DNA of 64,000 bases from Bacteroidota bacterium (GTDB lineage: Bacteria; Bacteroidota; Bacteroidia; UKL13-3): the NCBI GenBank assembly GCA_037141455.1, contig JBAXCN010000003.1, positions 4,218 to 68,217 of the forward strand, in the 5' to 3' direction. This document shows positions 18,964 through 28,053 of this stretch, in pieces (within the stretch, counting starts at the first letter, position 1; every line of letters begins with the position of its first letter). A program made the position numbers and the translations under genes. Below the pieces are notes generated by a model. That model saw nothing but the letters and a program-made list of their open reading frames with translations. It was not told the origin of the DNA and did no database searches.

Positions 18964-19136
18964 TTAGTCGGCCCACAAATATTATATAAAGAATAATAAA
19001 ATCAACAAACTTGGTAAAAAATACTGCATAAAAATACTGCAAGAAAAGAGTTAAAAACAAAAGAATACTTGCAGAATTTTTAATGTTTGCAACCATTTTA
19101 TTTAAATTTTTAATAAAATAAAATAGAAATTGTAAG

Positions 19137-19303
19137 GACCACTATTCCATTAACTACGTGCGTAGGGTCGGCAAAAAGGCGGGCCAGCCCTGGCCTTGTG
19201 CGTGGAAGCTTTTTTTTGCCTTGTCCCGCTTTGCGGGATTGTTTCTTTTTCATTTAAGGAAAAAGAAAGAAGTAAAATTGAAGATGACTTTTTGAGGGTC
19301 GAC
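19137..19303. other. GC-rich multi-hairpin island in an AT-rich spacer
   Basis: Palindrome CTACGTGCGTAG, hairpins GGCCAGCCCTGGCC, TCCCGCTTTGCGGGA and TTTCTTTTTC-ATTTAAG-GAAAAAGAAA, plus possible GGCAAAAA/TTTTTGCC closing pairs. Confidence 0.35.
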
Positions 19304-19305
19304 TA

Positions 19306-19917
19306 TTAAATTGTTATAATATTTCTAAAAGTAAGGTTAATTCTTGGGTGCTTTACTTTTGTGGTAGTTGGCAGTTGGTGTAACCAATTGGTTTGCGTTT
19401 TATCTTTCATTATTAGTAAACTTCCACTTTCAAGTAATACCGAAACAGTAGTTTTTAGTGCTTTGTGTTTAAACATAAATTTTCGTTCTGCTCCAAATGA
19501 AACCGAAGCAATAACACCGTCTTTTTTTAAATCTTTTTCTCCATCGCTGTGCCAAGCCATGCCTTCGTTGCCATTGTGGTACAAATTTAAAAGACACGAG
19601 TTATAAGTTTCACCTGTAAGTTGCTCTATTTTGTTTTTTATAGCCAATAATTCTGCCGTCCATAAACTAGCGTGTTTGGTAATTTTAGAATAAGTATAGG
19701 TAAAATTAGTATCGCCATACCATGCTACTTTTCGTTTGGTTATAATTAATCTACCAAAAATTATTGCCTCATCGTTTTTCCAATCAATGTTTTGCAATAG
19801 TAAGTTATAAAATTCCGAAGCTTCATCTGTTGAAAATACTTTACCATGATAGGTTACCGTCCCATCAAATGGGAGTATATTTTCTTTTAAATTATTTTCA
19901 GTTGTAAATAAATCCAT
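19306..19917 (-). CDS. alkB: Alpha-ketoglutarate-dependent dioxygenase AlkB
   Basis: LLNLYHNGNEGMAWHSDGE (HxD), a distal H in WLHQLP, and RINLTFRNI. Confidence 0.85.
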   Translation of the reverse strand: MDLFTTENNLKENILPFDGTVTYHGKVFSTDEASEFYNLLLQNIDWKNDEAIIFGRLIITKRKVAWYGDTNFTYTYSKITKHASLWTAELLAIKNKIEQLTGETYNSCLLNLYHNGNEGMAWHSDGEKDLKKDGVIASVSFGAERKFMFKHKALKTTVSVLLESGSLLIMKDKTQTNWLHQLPTTTKVKHPRINLTFRNIITI

Positions 19918-20190
19918 TTAATACTTGTATTTATTGTTGTTTTAACAAAACTTAGAATGATTATGTTTTGGATACATATTTTGTTTTTATCTAACATAAA
20001 AAATAAAGTAGTTAAAAAATATGAGGCTTTCTCATTATTACATTCTCTTGTGTTTGGTCAAATTGAGCTAATAAAATATCTATCGGTAGAAATATACTAA
20101 ACCGTGATTATTAAGTACTCGTCCCTTAGCTATCAGAATTCGCTTCCAATGACGTTTTTGCTTAATCTTTTAATTATTAGTGAAATAAAA

Positions 20191-20243
20191 AACCACATAG
20201 ATACATAGATTGAAGGCTATGTGATCTATGTGCCTATGTGGTT
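20191..20243. repeat. Long imperfect hairpin rich in CATAG
   Basis: The arm AACCACATAGATACATAGAT pairs with ATCTATGTGCCTATGTGGTT (18/20) around a 13-nt loop, inside a 448-bp ORF-free spacer. Confidence 0.5.
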
Positions 20244-20365
20244 CAAGTTTTTAAGGCACATAGCATTACACGTTATATAATATTTATTTAAAAAATTATC
20301 CCTTTAACTAACTAGCATTTTAAATCATTTGATTCAGCCTAATTAATATTATTTCTTACTTATTA

Positions 20366-21550
20366 TTAGGCAACATTTTTTCCTAAATCAATAAAAGGTT
20401 TTTCAATAAATAAATAAGTTAAGTAAGATATTACTACAATAATGGGCGTTAAAATAACTATTACTAATGCAAATGTATTGGACGATAAATTTTGAAACTC
20501 ATTACCTACCAATATTATTTTAAAGGTTACAAATAGCACTATTCCATGCAAAAGATAGGTACTATAACTTATGGTGCCTAACAGTTTTAGAGATTGATTT
20601 TTTAACAGCCCAAACACATTATTGCCGCAGGCTATTAAAGTAAAAATAATGGCAATAATTGCTTTGCAAACCAAGTGATGGGCCGAGTTAAATAAACCAA
20701 TTGAAAAAACACCTAATACAACTACCACACTAACTGCCCAATGTTTAATATTAAATTTTACCATTTGGTATTTAAGTAAAAATGGAGCAATGCCACCTCC
20801 GGCAAACGACATAACATGTTTTATTGATATGCCATGAATGGAATAAAACCCCACTGCTATTATTAAACTAATGGCTACCATAAGCCAATGAGGTTTATTT
20901 TTTAATAAAACAAATCCTATTAAAGGCAAACATATATAAAAAAACCACTCATAAGGAAGCGACCAAACCACACGGGCAATGATGATGCTGGTGTCAGGGT
21001 ATTTGTTTATGCCAGGTATGGAATTGATGGTAAATAAAGCCCAATTGCCTATCGATTTTAATAAGTCTACCCAATTGGTATTTAAATTCCAATTACTTAA
21101 ATAAAATACCACGATTACTAATAACAACAAGGTAAAATAATAAATAGGAACGAGCCTAAAAATGCGGCCAATAAAAAATTGTTTCCAGCTAAATGGCACA
21201 CCTTCTTTTTGACGAATGAGTTTGCTAATAAATAAAAAACTGGTAATCATAAAAAAAAAGGAAACATTGGTTTCGCCAAGCTGCGCATACAAATTGGTAG
21301 GAGGCGTTTTCCATTCACCTGTTTGCAAGTATTGTTCCCACACTGCAGCATGATGAATAAATACCCCCAATGCCAAAAATCCCCTCAATCCATCAATGGT
21401 TTCGTAATTATTGGTAATAAAAAGGGCGTTGCTTTTGGGTTTTAATAAATAAGCTGTAGCAAACGCAACTGCATAAATAAGTAAACATAAAAACAACGGA
21501 TAGGTAAGCATATTTATTATGAAAGAAATACAATTTGGCTGAATTGCCAA
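20366..21550 (-). CDS. Acyltransferase family 3 (OafA-like) membrane protein
   Basis: DGLRGFLALGVFIHHA motif and about 10 hydrophobic segments. The start could instead be the internal Met at 21511. Confidence 0.75.
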   Translation of the reverse strand: MAIQPNCISFIINMLTYPLFLCLLIYAVAFATAYLLKPKSNALFITNNYETIDGLRGFLALGVFIHHAAVWEQYLQTGEWKTPPTNLYAQLGETNVSFFFMITSFLFISKLIRQKEGVPFSWKQFFIGRIFRLVPIYYFTLLLLVIVVFYLSNWNLNTNWVDLLKSIGNWALFTINSIPGINKYPDTSIIIARVVWSLPYEWFFYICLPLIGFVLLKNKPHWLMVAISLIIAVGFYSIHGISIKHVMSFAGGGIAPFLLKYQMVKFNIKHWAVSVVVVLGVFSIGLFNSAHHLVCKAIIAIIFTLIACGNNVFGLLKNQSLKLLGTISYSTYLLHGIVLFVTFKIILVGNEFQNLSSNTFALVIVILTPIIVVISYLTYLFIEKPFIDLGKNVA

Positions 21551-21681
21551 TTGGTTTCAAATAAAACAAAAAAGCAGCATAATAAATAGGAGAGGTTTGA
21601 ATGCAATTTAAAATATTTGCCTTCGTTCTGTTTTATCACCTCAATTTTTGAAATGGATAAATTAAACCAATTTTATTCCAT

Positions 21682-21711
21682 AAAAAAACACGCCCGAAAG
21701 CGTGTTTTTTT
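21682..21711. terminator. Bidirectional-looking terminator downstream of hppA
   Basis: AAAAAAACACGC-CCGAAA-GCGTGTTTTTTT. Confidence 0.8.
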
Positions 21712-21733
21712 GTTCTATAAATAGTTAAGTTAA

Positions 21734-24271
21734 TTACTTTTTATCGTGTCCATGTTCTTTGTCGTCATCACAACATTCCTTACCTTCTTTGTGAGCAGCT
21801 ACACAAGCTTTATCACAGCTTTTCATGCATTCTTCTTCGGTTTTGCAACCTTTATCGCAACCTTCCATACAACTACTTTCCTTTTCGCACATTGCCTTGC
21901 ATTTAGCCATATCAAATTTACCATCGGCACCATACATACTTTGGCACATTGTTTTTTGTTCTGGAGTACATTTCATGCTATCGCAATAAGCAGCGCATTC
22001 TTCTTTAGTCATGGTCATGCATTTGCTCATTTCGCAATTACCCATCATTTTACAATGATCCATATCCATTGAATCCATGGCGCAACATTCCATTTTTTGT
22101 CCATTCATTAATGCTAGTTTATCAGCTTTTAAGCCACCTTGAACTGCTATGTAAGGAGCAATTACTAATGAAACAATCGACATTAATTTTATTAAAATAT
22201 TCATTGATGGTCCTGAAGTGTCTTTGAAAGGATCTCCAACTGTATCGCCAGTTACCGAAGCTTTATGTGGCTCTGATTTTTTATAGAACATTTCACCATT
22301 GATCATAACACCTTTTTCAAACGATTTTTTTGCATTGTCCCAAGCACCACCGGCATTACTTTGGAAAATACCCATTAATACACCACTAACAGTAACACCA
22401 GCTAATAATCCGCCTAACATTTCAGCCGAACTAGCATCAGCAAACATGCCTTTAAAACCAAAACCAATAATAATTGGAGTTAATAAAGCAATTGCACCAG
22501 GCAACATCATTTCGCGGATAGATGCTTTGGTAGAAATAGCTACACATTTTTCATATTCGGGTTTGGCTTTGTATTCCATAATTCCTGGAATTTCGCGGAA
22601 CTGTCTGCGAACTTCTTGTACCATGTCCATGGCTGCTTTTCCTACTGCTTGTATACACAAAGCTGAAAATATAAAAGGAATCATACCACCAACAAATAAA
22701 GCTGCAAGCACTGGAGCTTTGTAAATATCAATTGCATCAATACCTGCCACACCAACAAAAGCAGCAAATAATGCCAACGAAGTTAAAGCAGCCGAGGCAA
22801 TTGCAAATCCTTTTCCTGAAGCAGCAGTAGTATTTCCTACAGCATCTAAATTATCGGTACGTTCACGCACTTCTGGAGGTAATTGGCTCATTTCTGCAAT
22901 ACCACCTGCATTATCTGCAATAGGTCCAAAAGCATCAATTGCTAATTGCATTGCAGTTGTTGCCATCATACCAGCAGCTGCAATAGCTACACCATATAAA
23001 CCAGCACAATAATATGAACCCATGATACCAGCAGCTAATGTTAATATAGGAATAACGGTTGATTTCATTCCAACTGATAAACCTCCAATAATATTAGTAG
23101 CATGTCCAGTTGCTGATTGTTGAATAATTGAGTTAACTGGACCTTTACCCATTGCGGTGTAATATTCAGTAACAATACTCATAATTGCACCAACAGCAGT
23201 TCCAACTAAAATAGCACCAAAAACACCATTTCTTGTGAATTCAACACCACGTAATGAAATAATTCCTTCAGGTAACATCCAATTTACTATAAAATAAGAG
23301 GCAACTACAGTTAAACCCATAGACGCCCAATTTCCTAAATTTAAAGCATTTTGAACATTCGACTTATCATCTTTAATGGTAACAAACCAAGTTCCTACTA
23401 TTGAAAACAATATACCTAATCCACAAATTACCATTGGTAACAATATTGGCGACATGCCACCAAAATTATCAGTAACTACTACTTCTTGGCCTAAAACCAT
23501 GGTAGCTAAAATAGTTGCTACATACGAACCAAATAAATCGGCACCCATACCAGCCACGTCACCTACGTTGTCACCAACGTTATCTGCAATAGTTGCAGGA
23601 TTTCTAACGTCATCTTCTGGAATACCAGCTTCAACTTTACCTACTAAATCAGCTCCAACATCGGCAGCTTTTGTATAAATACCACCACCAACACGAGCAA
23701 ATAATGCAATTGATTCAGCACCTAATGAAAAACCTGTCAAAACTTCAATGGCAGTTTTAACTGTGTTTTCTCCTAAATCGGCAAAAATGCTTAAGAAAAC
23801 AATGAATAAACCACCCAAACCTAATATTGCTAAACCAGCAACACCCAAGCCCATTACTGTTCCGCCAGTAAACGAAACTTTTAATGCTTGTTTTAAACTT
23901 GTGCGTGCAGCTTGTGTGGTTCTAACATTAGCTTTGGTAGCTACTTTCATACCAATGTAACCAGCAGTTGCCGAAAATACTGCACCTATAATAAAAGCAA
24001 TAGAAATAATCCAACTTCCGTGAACCTCTTTTCCATTAATTTCATGAATTGTTCCTGAATAAGCCAATAAAGCTGAAGCAAAAACAACAAAAATACTTAA
24101 CACTTTCCATTCGGCTTTTAAAAATGCCATGGCTCCATCGGCAATATAACCTGCCAATTCTTGCATGTTTTTATCACCTGCATCTTGCTTGTTTACCCAA
24201 GCGCTTTTAATAGCCATTACTATTAAACCAATTATTCCCAACGCGGGAATTAAATAAATTACATTTTCCAT
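21734..24271 (-). CDS. hppA: Membrane-bound ion-translocating pyrophosphatase with a Cys/Met-rich C-terminal extension
   Basis: [22 protein letters not shown] and [10 protein letters not shown] motifs. Residues 727-845 are a 119-aa tail with 19 Cys and 16 Met. Confidence 0.95.
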   Translation of the reverse strand: MENVIYLIPALGIIGLIVMAIKSAWVNKQDAGDKNMQELAGYIADGAMAFLKAEWKVLSIFVVFASALLAYSGTIHEINGKEVHGSWIISIAFIIGAVFSATAGYIGMKVATKANVRTTQAARTSLKQALKVSFTGGTVMGLGVAGLAILGLGGLFIVFLSIFADLGENTVKTAIEVLTGFSLGAESIALFARVGGGIYTKAADVGADLVGKVEAGIPEDDVRNPATIADNVGDNVGDVAGMGADLFGSYVATILATMVLGQEVVVTDNFGGMSPILLPMVICGLGILFSIVGTWFVTIKDDKSNVQNALNLGNWASMGLTVVASYFIVNWMLPEGIISLRGVEFTRNGVFGAILVGTAVGAIMSIVTEYYTAMGKGPVNSIIQQSATGHATNIIGGLSVGMKSTVIPILTLAAGIMGSYYCAGLYGVAIAAAGMMATTAMQLAIDAFGPIADNAGGIAEMSQLPPEVRERTDNLDAVGNTTAASGKGFAIASAALTSLALFAAFVGVAGIDAIDIYKAPVLAALFVGGMIPFIFSALCIQAVGKAAMDMVQEVRRQFREIPGIMEYKAKPEYEKCVAISTKASIREMMLPGAIALLTPIIIGFGFKGMFADASSAEMLGGLLAGVTVSGVLMGIFQSNAGGAWDNAKKSFEKGVMINGEMFYKKSEPHKASVTGDTVGDPFKDTSGPSMNILIKLMSIVSLVIAPYIAVQGGLKADKLALMNGQKMECCAMDSMDMDHCKMMGNCEMSKCMTMTKEECAAYCDSMKCTPEQKTMCQSMYGADGKFDMAKCKAMCEKESSCMEGCDKGCKTEEECMKSCDKACVAAHKEGKECCDDDKEHGHDKK

Positions 24272-24401
24272 TCTTTATTTATATCTCTTTTTTAAAAATC
24301 GTGCGAAAATAGGTTTTATGAATTAAAACAACAACTTTACTATGTTTTACTATTATTACCTTTTTAAGTTAAAGGTTATCATAAAATTAATTATTATAAA
24401 A

Positions 24402-25205
24402 CTAAACCAATTCTGAAAACAATTTACTTAATTGGGGTTTGGCTTTATTAGAAGCAGCGATTATTTTTTCTAAACTTGCTGGTTTTAATGATTCTGAAAA
24501 TCCTAAATCAGTAATAACAGAAATGGCACAAACTGCTAATTTCATTTGTACTGCCACTATTACTTCAGGTATTGTACTCATTCCCACAGCATCTGCTCCC
24601 AACTTCCCAAGCATTTTATATTCAGCTTTAGTTTCTAAAGCTGGTCCTTGTACTGCTGCATAACAGCCTTGGTGTAACTTTATATTATTTGCATTAGCAA
24701 TATTTAAAGCCAAAGCCATTAAATTTTTGTTGTATGGTTCGCTCATATCCGGAAATCTATCTCCATACTCTCGATAATGTTTTCCCCTTAATGGCGATTC
24801 GTGCATTAAATTTAAATGGTCATTTAAAAGCATTAAATCACCTACATTATAATTGCGATTAATACCACCAGCAGCATTGCTTATAAGTAGTTTACTAATT
24901 CCTAAAAATTTTAAAACCCTTACAGGAAATGTAACTTCCTGCATATTGTAACCTTCGTAATAATGAAACCTACCTTGCAAAATTACGATTGGTTTTTTAT
25001 TTAAATAACCTAAAATTAACTTGCCTTCATGACTGGTAACGGAAGTAGTTGGAAAATTAGGAATGTCCTCGTAATCAATTATTTTTACAATATCACAATC
25101 GGCTACCAAACCACCTAAACCAGTTCCTAATATAATACCAGTTTCAGGTTTTAAACTGGTTTGCGATAAAATATAATTAGTAGCTTCGTGTATTTTGTTC
25201 AACAT
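24402..25205 (-). CDS. Purine nucleoside phosphorylase (PunA type)
   Basis: GTGLGGL, RFHYYEGY, SNAAGG and VQGPALETKAEYKMLGKLGADAVGMSTIPE. Confidence 0.9.
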   Translation of the reverse strand: MLNKIHEATNYILSQTSLKPETGIILGTGLGGLVADCDIVKIIDYEDIPNFPTTSVTSHEGKLILGYLNKKPIVILQGRFHYYEGYNMQEVTFPVRVLKFLGISKLLISNAAGGINRNYNVGDLMLLNDHLNLMHESPLRGKHYREYGDRFPDMSEPYNKNLMALALNIANANNIKLHQGCYAAVQGPALETKAEYKMLGKLGADAVGMSTIPEVIVAVQMKLAVCAISVITDLGFSESLKPASLEKIIAASNKAKPQLSKLFSELV

Positions 25206-26253
25206 AATTTAAAATGAATTGATTAAAAAGAGGTTTATCGTTATCGATAAATGCTACTTGTAATGGCAAGTAATATATAGGATAATTTTTTAACAGTTCT
25301 TTAAATTCATCTGTTTGTAAGCGCATTGCATCTTTTTCGGTACTTACTATTATTTTATTTTTCGAATCAAAGTGGTCAAATTCAATTAAAATCTTTTCAA
25401 TTTCATCATTCGAAAAATCATGATGATCGCCAAATTGCCATGCATTTATAATAGCATTACATGAATTTTCTAAATACTTTTCATAACTATTTGCATTTGC
25501 AATTCCACTAAAAATTAAAATGTCAGTTTGTTTTAACACTTCGTATCCAATTATCGATTCGTTGTAATAATGAACCAAATCATTGTATTTCTGATAACTG
25601 AAAAAAACTTGTTGGTGGGGCAAAGGTTTTATTTCGGCTTTAATTGTTTCCTTTTCTTCTAAAGTTAAATTTTCTTTACATTTAGTTACAATTATAATAT
25701 CAGCTCTTTTATATCCAGCTCGGTATTCACGCAATGTGCCAGCGGGTGTTAAAAAATCTTTGGTAAATAAATTGTTATAATCAGTTAACAATATATTTAA
25801 ACCTGCTTTTATAGCGCGGTGTTGAAAAGCATCATCTAGTAAAATTACTTCGGCATCCTCTGCATCAAAAAGTAAATTAGGCACGCCTATTACTCTGTTT
25901 TCGCTCACAGCTAAGTGTATTTCATCTTTAAACTTTTGTTTTATTTGCCTTGGCTCATCGCCAATTTCAGCAGCAGTACTTTCATTATTTGCAAAAAAAT
26001 AACCAATTGTTTTACGTTTGTATCCTCGGCTTAAAACTGCTACTTTGTGGGTAGGTTTAAGAAGTTTTATTAAATACTCAATATGAGGTGTTTTTCCTGT
26101 GCCACCAAAAGCTAAATTTCCTACATTTATAATGGGTAACTCAAACGATGTTTCCGTTAATAAACCTTTGGTATAGCACCAGTTTCTAAATAATAAAATA
26201 AGCCCATAAAGTAAAGCAAAAGGGGCGGCAATAATTCTTAATAAATATATCAT
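25177..26253 (-). CDS. lpxK: Tetraacyldisaccharide 4'-kinase
   Basis: GNLAFGGTGKTP P-loop, LSRGYKR, and size about 358 aa. Confidence 0.9.
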   Translation of the reverse strand: MIYLLRIIAAPFALLYGLILLFRNWCYTKGLLTETSFELPIINVGNLAFGGTGKTPHIEYLIKLLKPTHKVAVLSRGYKRKTIGYFFANNESTAAEIGDEPRQIKQKFKDEIHLAVSENRVIGVPNLLFDAEDAEVILLDDAFQHRAIKAGLNILLTDYNNLFTKDFLTPAGTLREYRAGYKRADIIIVTKCKENLTLEEKETIKAEIKPLPHQQVFFSYQKYNDLVHYYNESIIGYEVLKQTDILIFSGIANANSYEKYLENSCNAIINAWQFGDHHDFSNDEIEKILIEFDHFDSKNKIIVSTEKDAMRLQTDEFKELLKNYPIYYLPLQVAFIDNDKPLFNQFILNYVEQNTRSY

Positions 26254-26303
26254 ATTTAGCTTCGATATTAGCTAAATATTTAAAAATAAATAAAGTTTTA
26301 AAA

Positions 26304-26942
26304 TTAATTTTCTGGTTTTAAAATATTTAAATTAGGCTTTGCATAGGGAAAAGTAGCAATTAAATTGGCACTGTAATAGGTTTCTAAACCTTGTACAGTT
26401 ACACTTTTTGTTTTTCCTAAATCAATGAAATAATCTTCGGTTAAAAAGTCTTCATTTATAATTATTTCAACAACTCTACCAATTACCAAAATAGTATTAT
26501 TCGATTTTATTAAAATCTCCTCCTCTAGGGTTAAGCCAATTTTAACTAAACTTTCAGCCACATAAGGCGCTTTAATAATGTTGGAGTAATATTCAGTTAA
26601 TCCAGTTTTTTCAAACTCACTTTCATTTTCGTTAAATCGTGCAGCGGTTTGATGAGCTTGCTTATATATATTTGGGTTTACATGGTTTATTGTAAAACAA
26701 CCATTGTTTTTTATGTTTTCGTATGTATGTCGTTCCACGCTTGCCGGCCTTTGTATAAAACCCATCAATGGTGGATTAGCCCCTATGTGATTTACCGAAT
26801 TAAAAATAGCTAAATTAGATAAACCATTATTATTAAAAGTTCCAATTAAGTTAGCGGCCCTTAAACCCGATAGACAATTGATAAAATTAGTCCTTTTATT
26901 TTTATCTAGGTTTTCAATATCGTTGGTTAGTAATTGTAGCAT
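26304..26942 (-). CDS. Flavin reductase-like (FMN-binding split-barrel) protein
   Basis: Overall pattern only (CLSGLRAANLIGT..., GANPPLMGFIQRP). Assigned from memory. Confidence 0.55.
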   Translation of the reverse strand: MLQLLTNDIENLDKNKRTNFINCLSGLRAANLIGTFNNNGLSNLAIFNSVNHIGANPPLMGFIQRPASVERHTYENIKNNGCFTINHVNPNIYKQAHQTAARFNENESEFEKTGLTEYYSNIIKAPYVAESLVKIGLTLEEEILIKSNNTILVIGRVVEIIINEDFLTEDYFIDLGKTKSVTVQGLETYYSANLIATFPYAKPNLNILKPEN

Positions 26943-27011
26943 ATAGTTTTTATTAAAATTATAATATTTTTTTAAGCAAAATGTTTTAATATTTTTTATT
27001 TTATTGCGGTT

Positions 27012-27938
27012 GTGAAAGTTTTAATAATTGACGATGTACATGCTTTATTAATAAATGGGTTACAAAAACTTAACTATAATGTAACTTATTTACCTGCTAT
27101 AACTAGGCAAGAAATTCTGCAAATAATAGCTCCTTTTCAAGTTTTAGTTGTAAGAACCAAAACAAATATAGATGCTGAAATATTAAATGCTGCAAATAAT
27201 TTAAAAGTAATTGCACGCGCAGGAAGTGGGTTAGACAATATAGGCATAGAAATTGCCGAACAAAAAGGTATTTATTGTTTTAATGCTGGGCAAGCCAATG
27301 CCGATGCAGTTGGTGAGCACGCTTTAGGTATGCTGTTAAGTTTAATGCGTAATTTAAATAAAGCAGACAATGAAGTAAGAAACAAAATTTGGGACAGAGA
27401 AGGCAATAGGGGTTTTGAATTGAACGGAAAAACAGTTGGCATTATTGGTTTTGGAAATACTGGGAAAGCATTTGCAAAAAAACTGGCTGGTTTTGATGTT
27501 AAAATTTTGGCTTACGATAAATATTTAAAAAATTATTCGAACCAAAATGCAAACGAAGCCACTTTAGCACAAATTTTCGAGGAATCAGATATTTTATCGC
27601 TCCACATTCCGTTAACTGCCGAAACTCAAAATTGGATTGATCATTCATTTATCACCAAATTTAAAAAAAATATTTATTTAATAAATGTGTGCAGAGGAGG
27701 GGTATTAAATATGCCTCAAACCATTGATAATATTGATAGTGGTAAAATAATAGGTGCTTGTTTTGATGTACTAGAAAATGAAAAATTATTAAACTTAAGC
27801 AACCCACAGCAAAAAGATTTTGACTACCTTATAAATAAACAAAATGTAGTTTTATCACCGCATATTGCCGGTTGGACTTTTGAGAGCTATGAAAAAATTG
27901 CGCAAACCATACTTTCAAAATTAACTAACTTAAAATAA
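27012..27938 (+). CDS. D-isomer-specific 2-hydroxyacid dehydrogenase (PGDH-like)
   Basis: GIIGFGNTGKAF Rossmann motif, NVCRGG and SPHIAGWT. GTG start. Confidence 0.8.
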   Translation: MKVLIIDDVHALLINGLQKLNYNVTYLPAITRQEILQIIAPFQVLVVRTKTNIDAEILNAANNLKVIARAGSGLDNIGIEIAEQKGIYCFNAGQANADAVGEHALGMLLSLMRNLNKADNEVRNKIWDREGNRGFELNGKTVGIIGFGNTGKAFAKKLAGFDVKILAYDKYLKNYSNQNANEATLAQIFEESDILSLHIPLTAETQNWIDHSFITKFKKNIYLINVCRGGVLNMPQTIDNIDSGKIIGACFDVLENEKLLNLSNPQQKDFDYLINKQNVVLSPHIAGWTFESYEKIAQTILSKLTNLK

Positions 27939-28053
27939 GCACTATAAAATTACTTGAGCGGTTAAATGAAATGATGTTTGATTTATTAAATTAAAGTTAT
28001 TTAATTTACGCTCTTAAAATCAATCCAAATAATAATTTGTAACAAACATTTAC

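Noticed and set aside
18887-19096. 69-aa hydrophobic minus-strand ORF
   Set aside because: It overlaps the 3' end of the GLPGLI gene by 77 nt, and its composition is explained by AT-rich sequence. No support beyond its length.
21746-23960. Plus-strand ORFs 21746..22072, 22299..22724, 23376..23678 and 23748..23960
   Set aside because: They are antisense shadows inside the well-supported hppA gene. The first simply mirrors the Cys/Met-rich tail as an H/F/T-rich frame.
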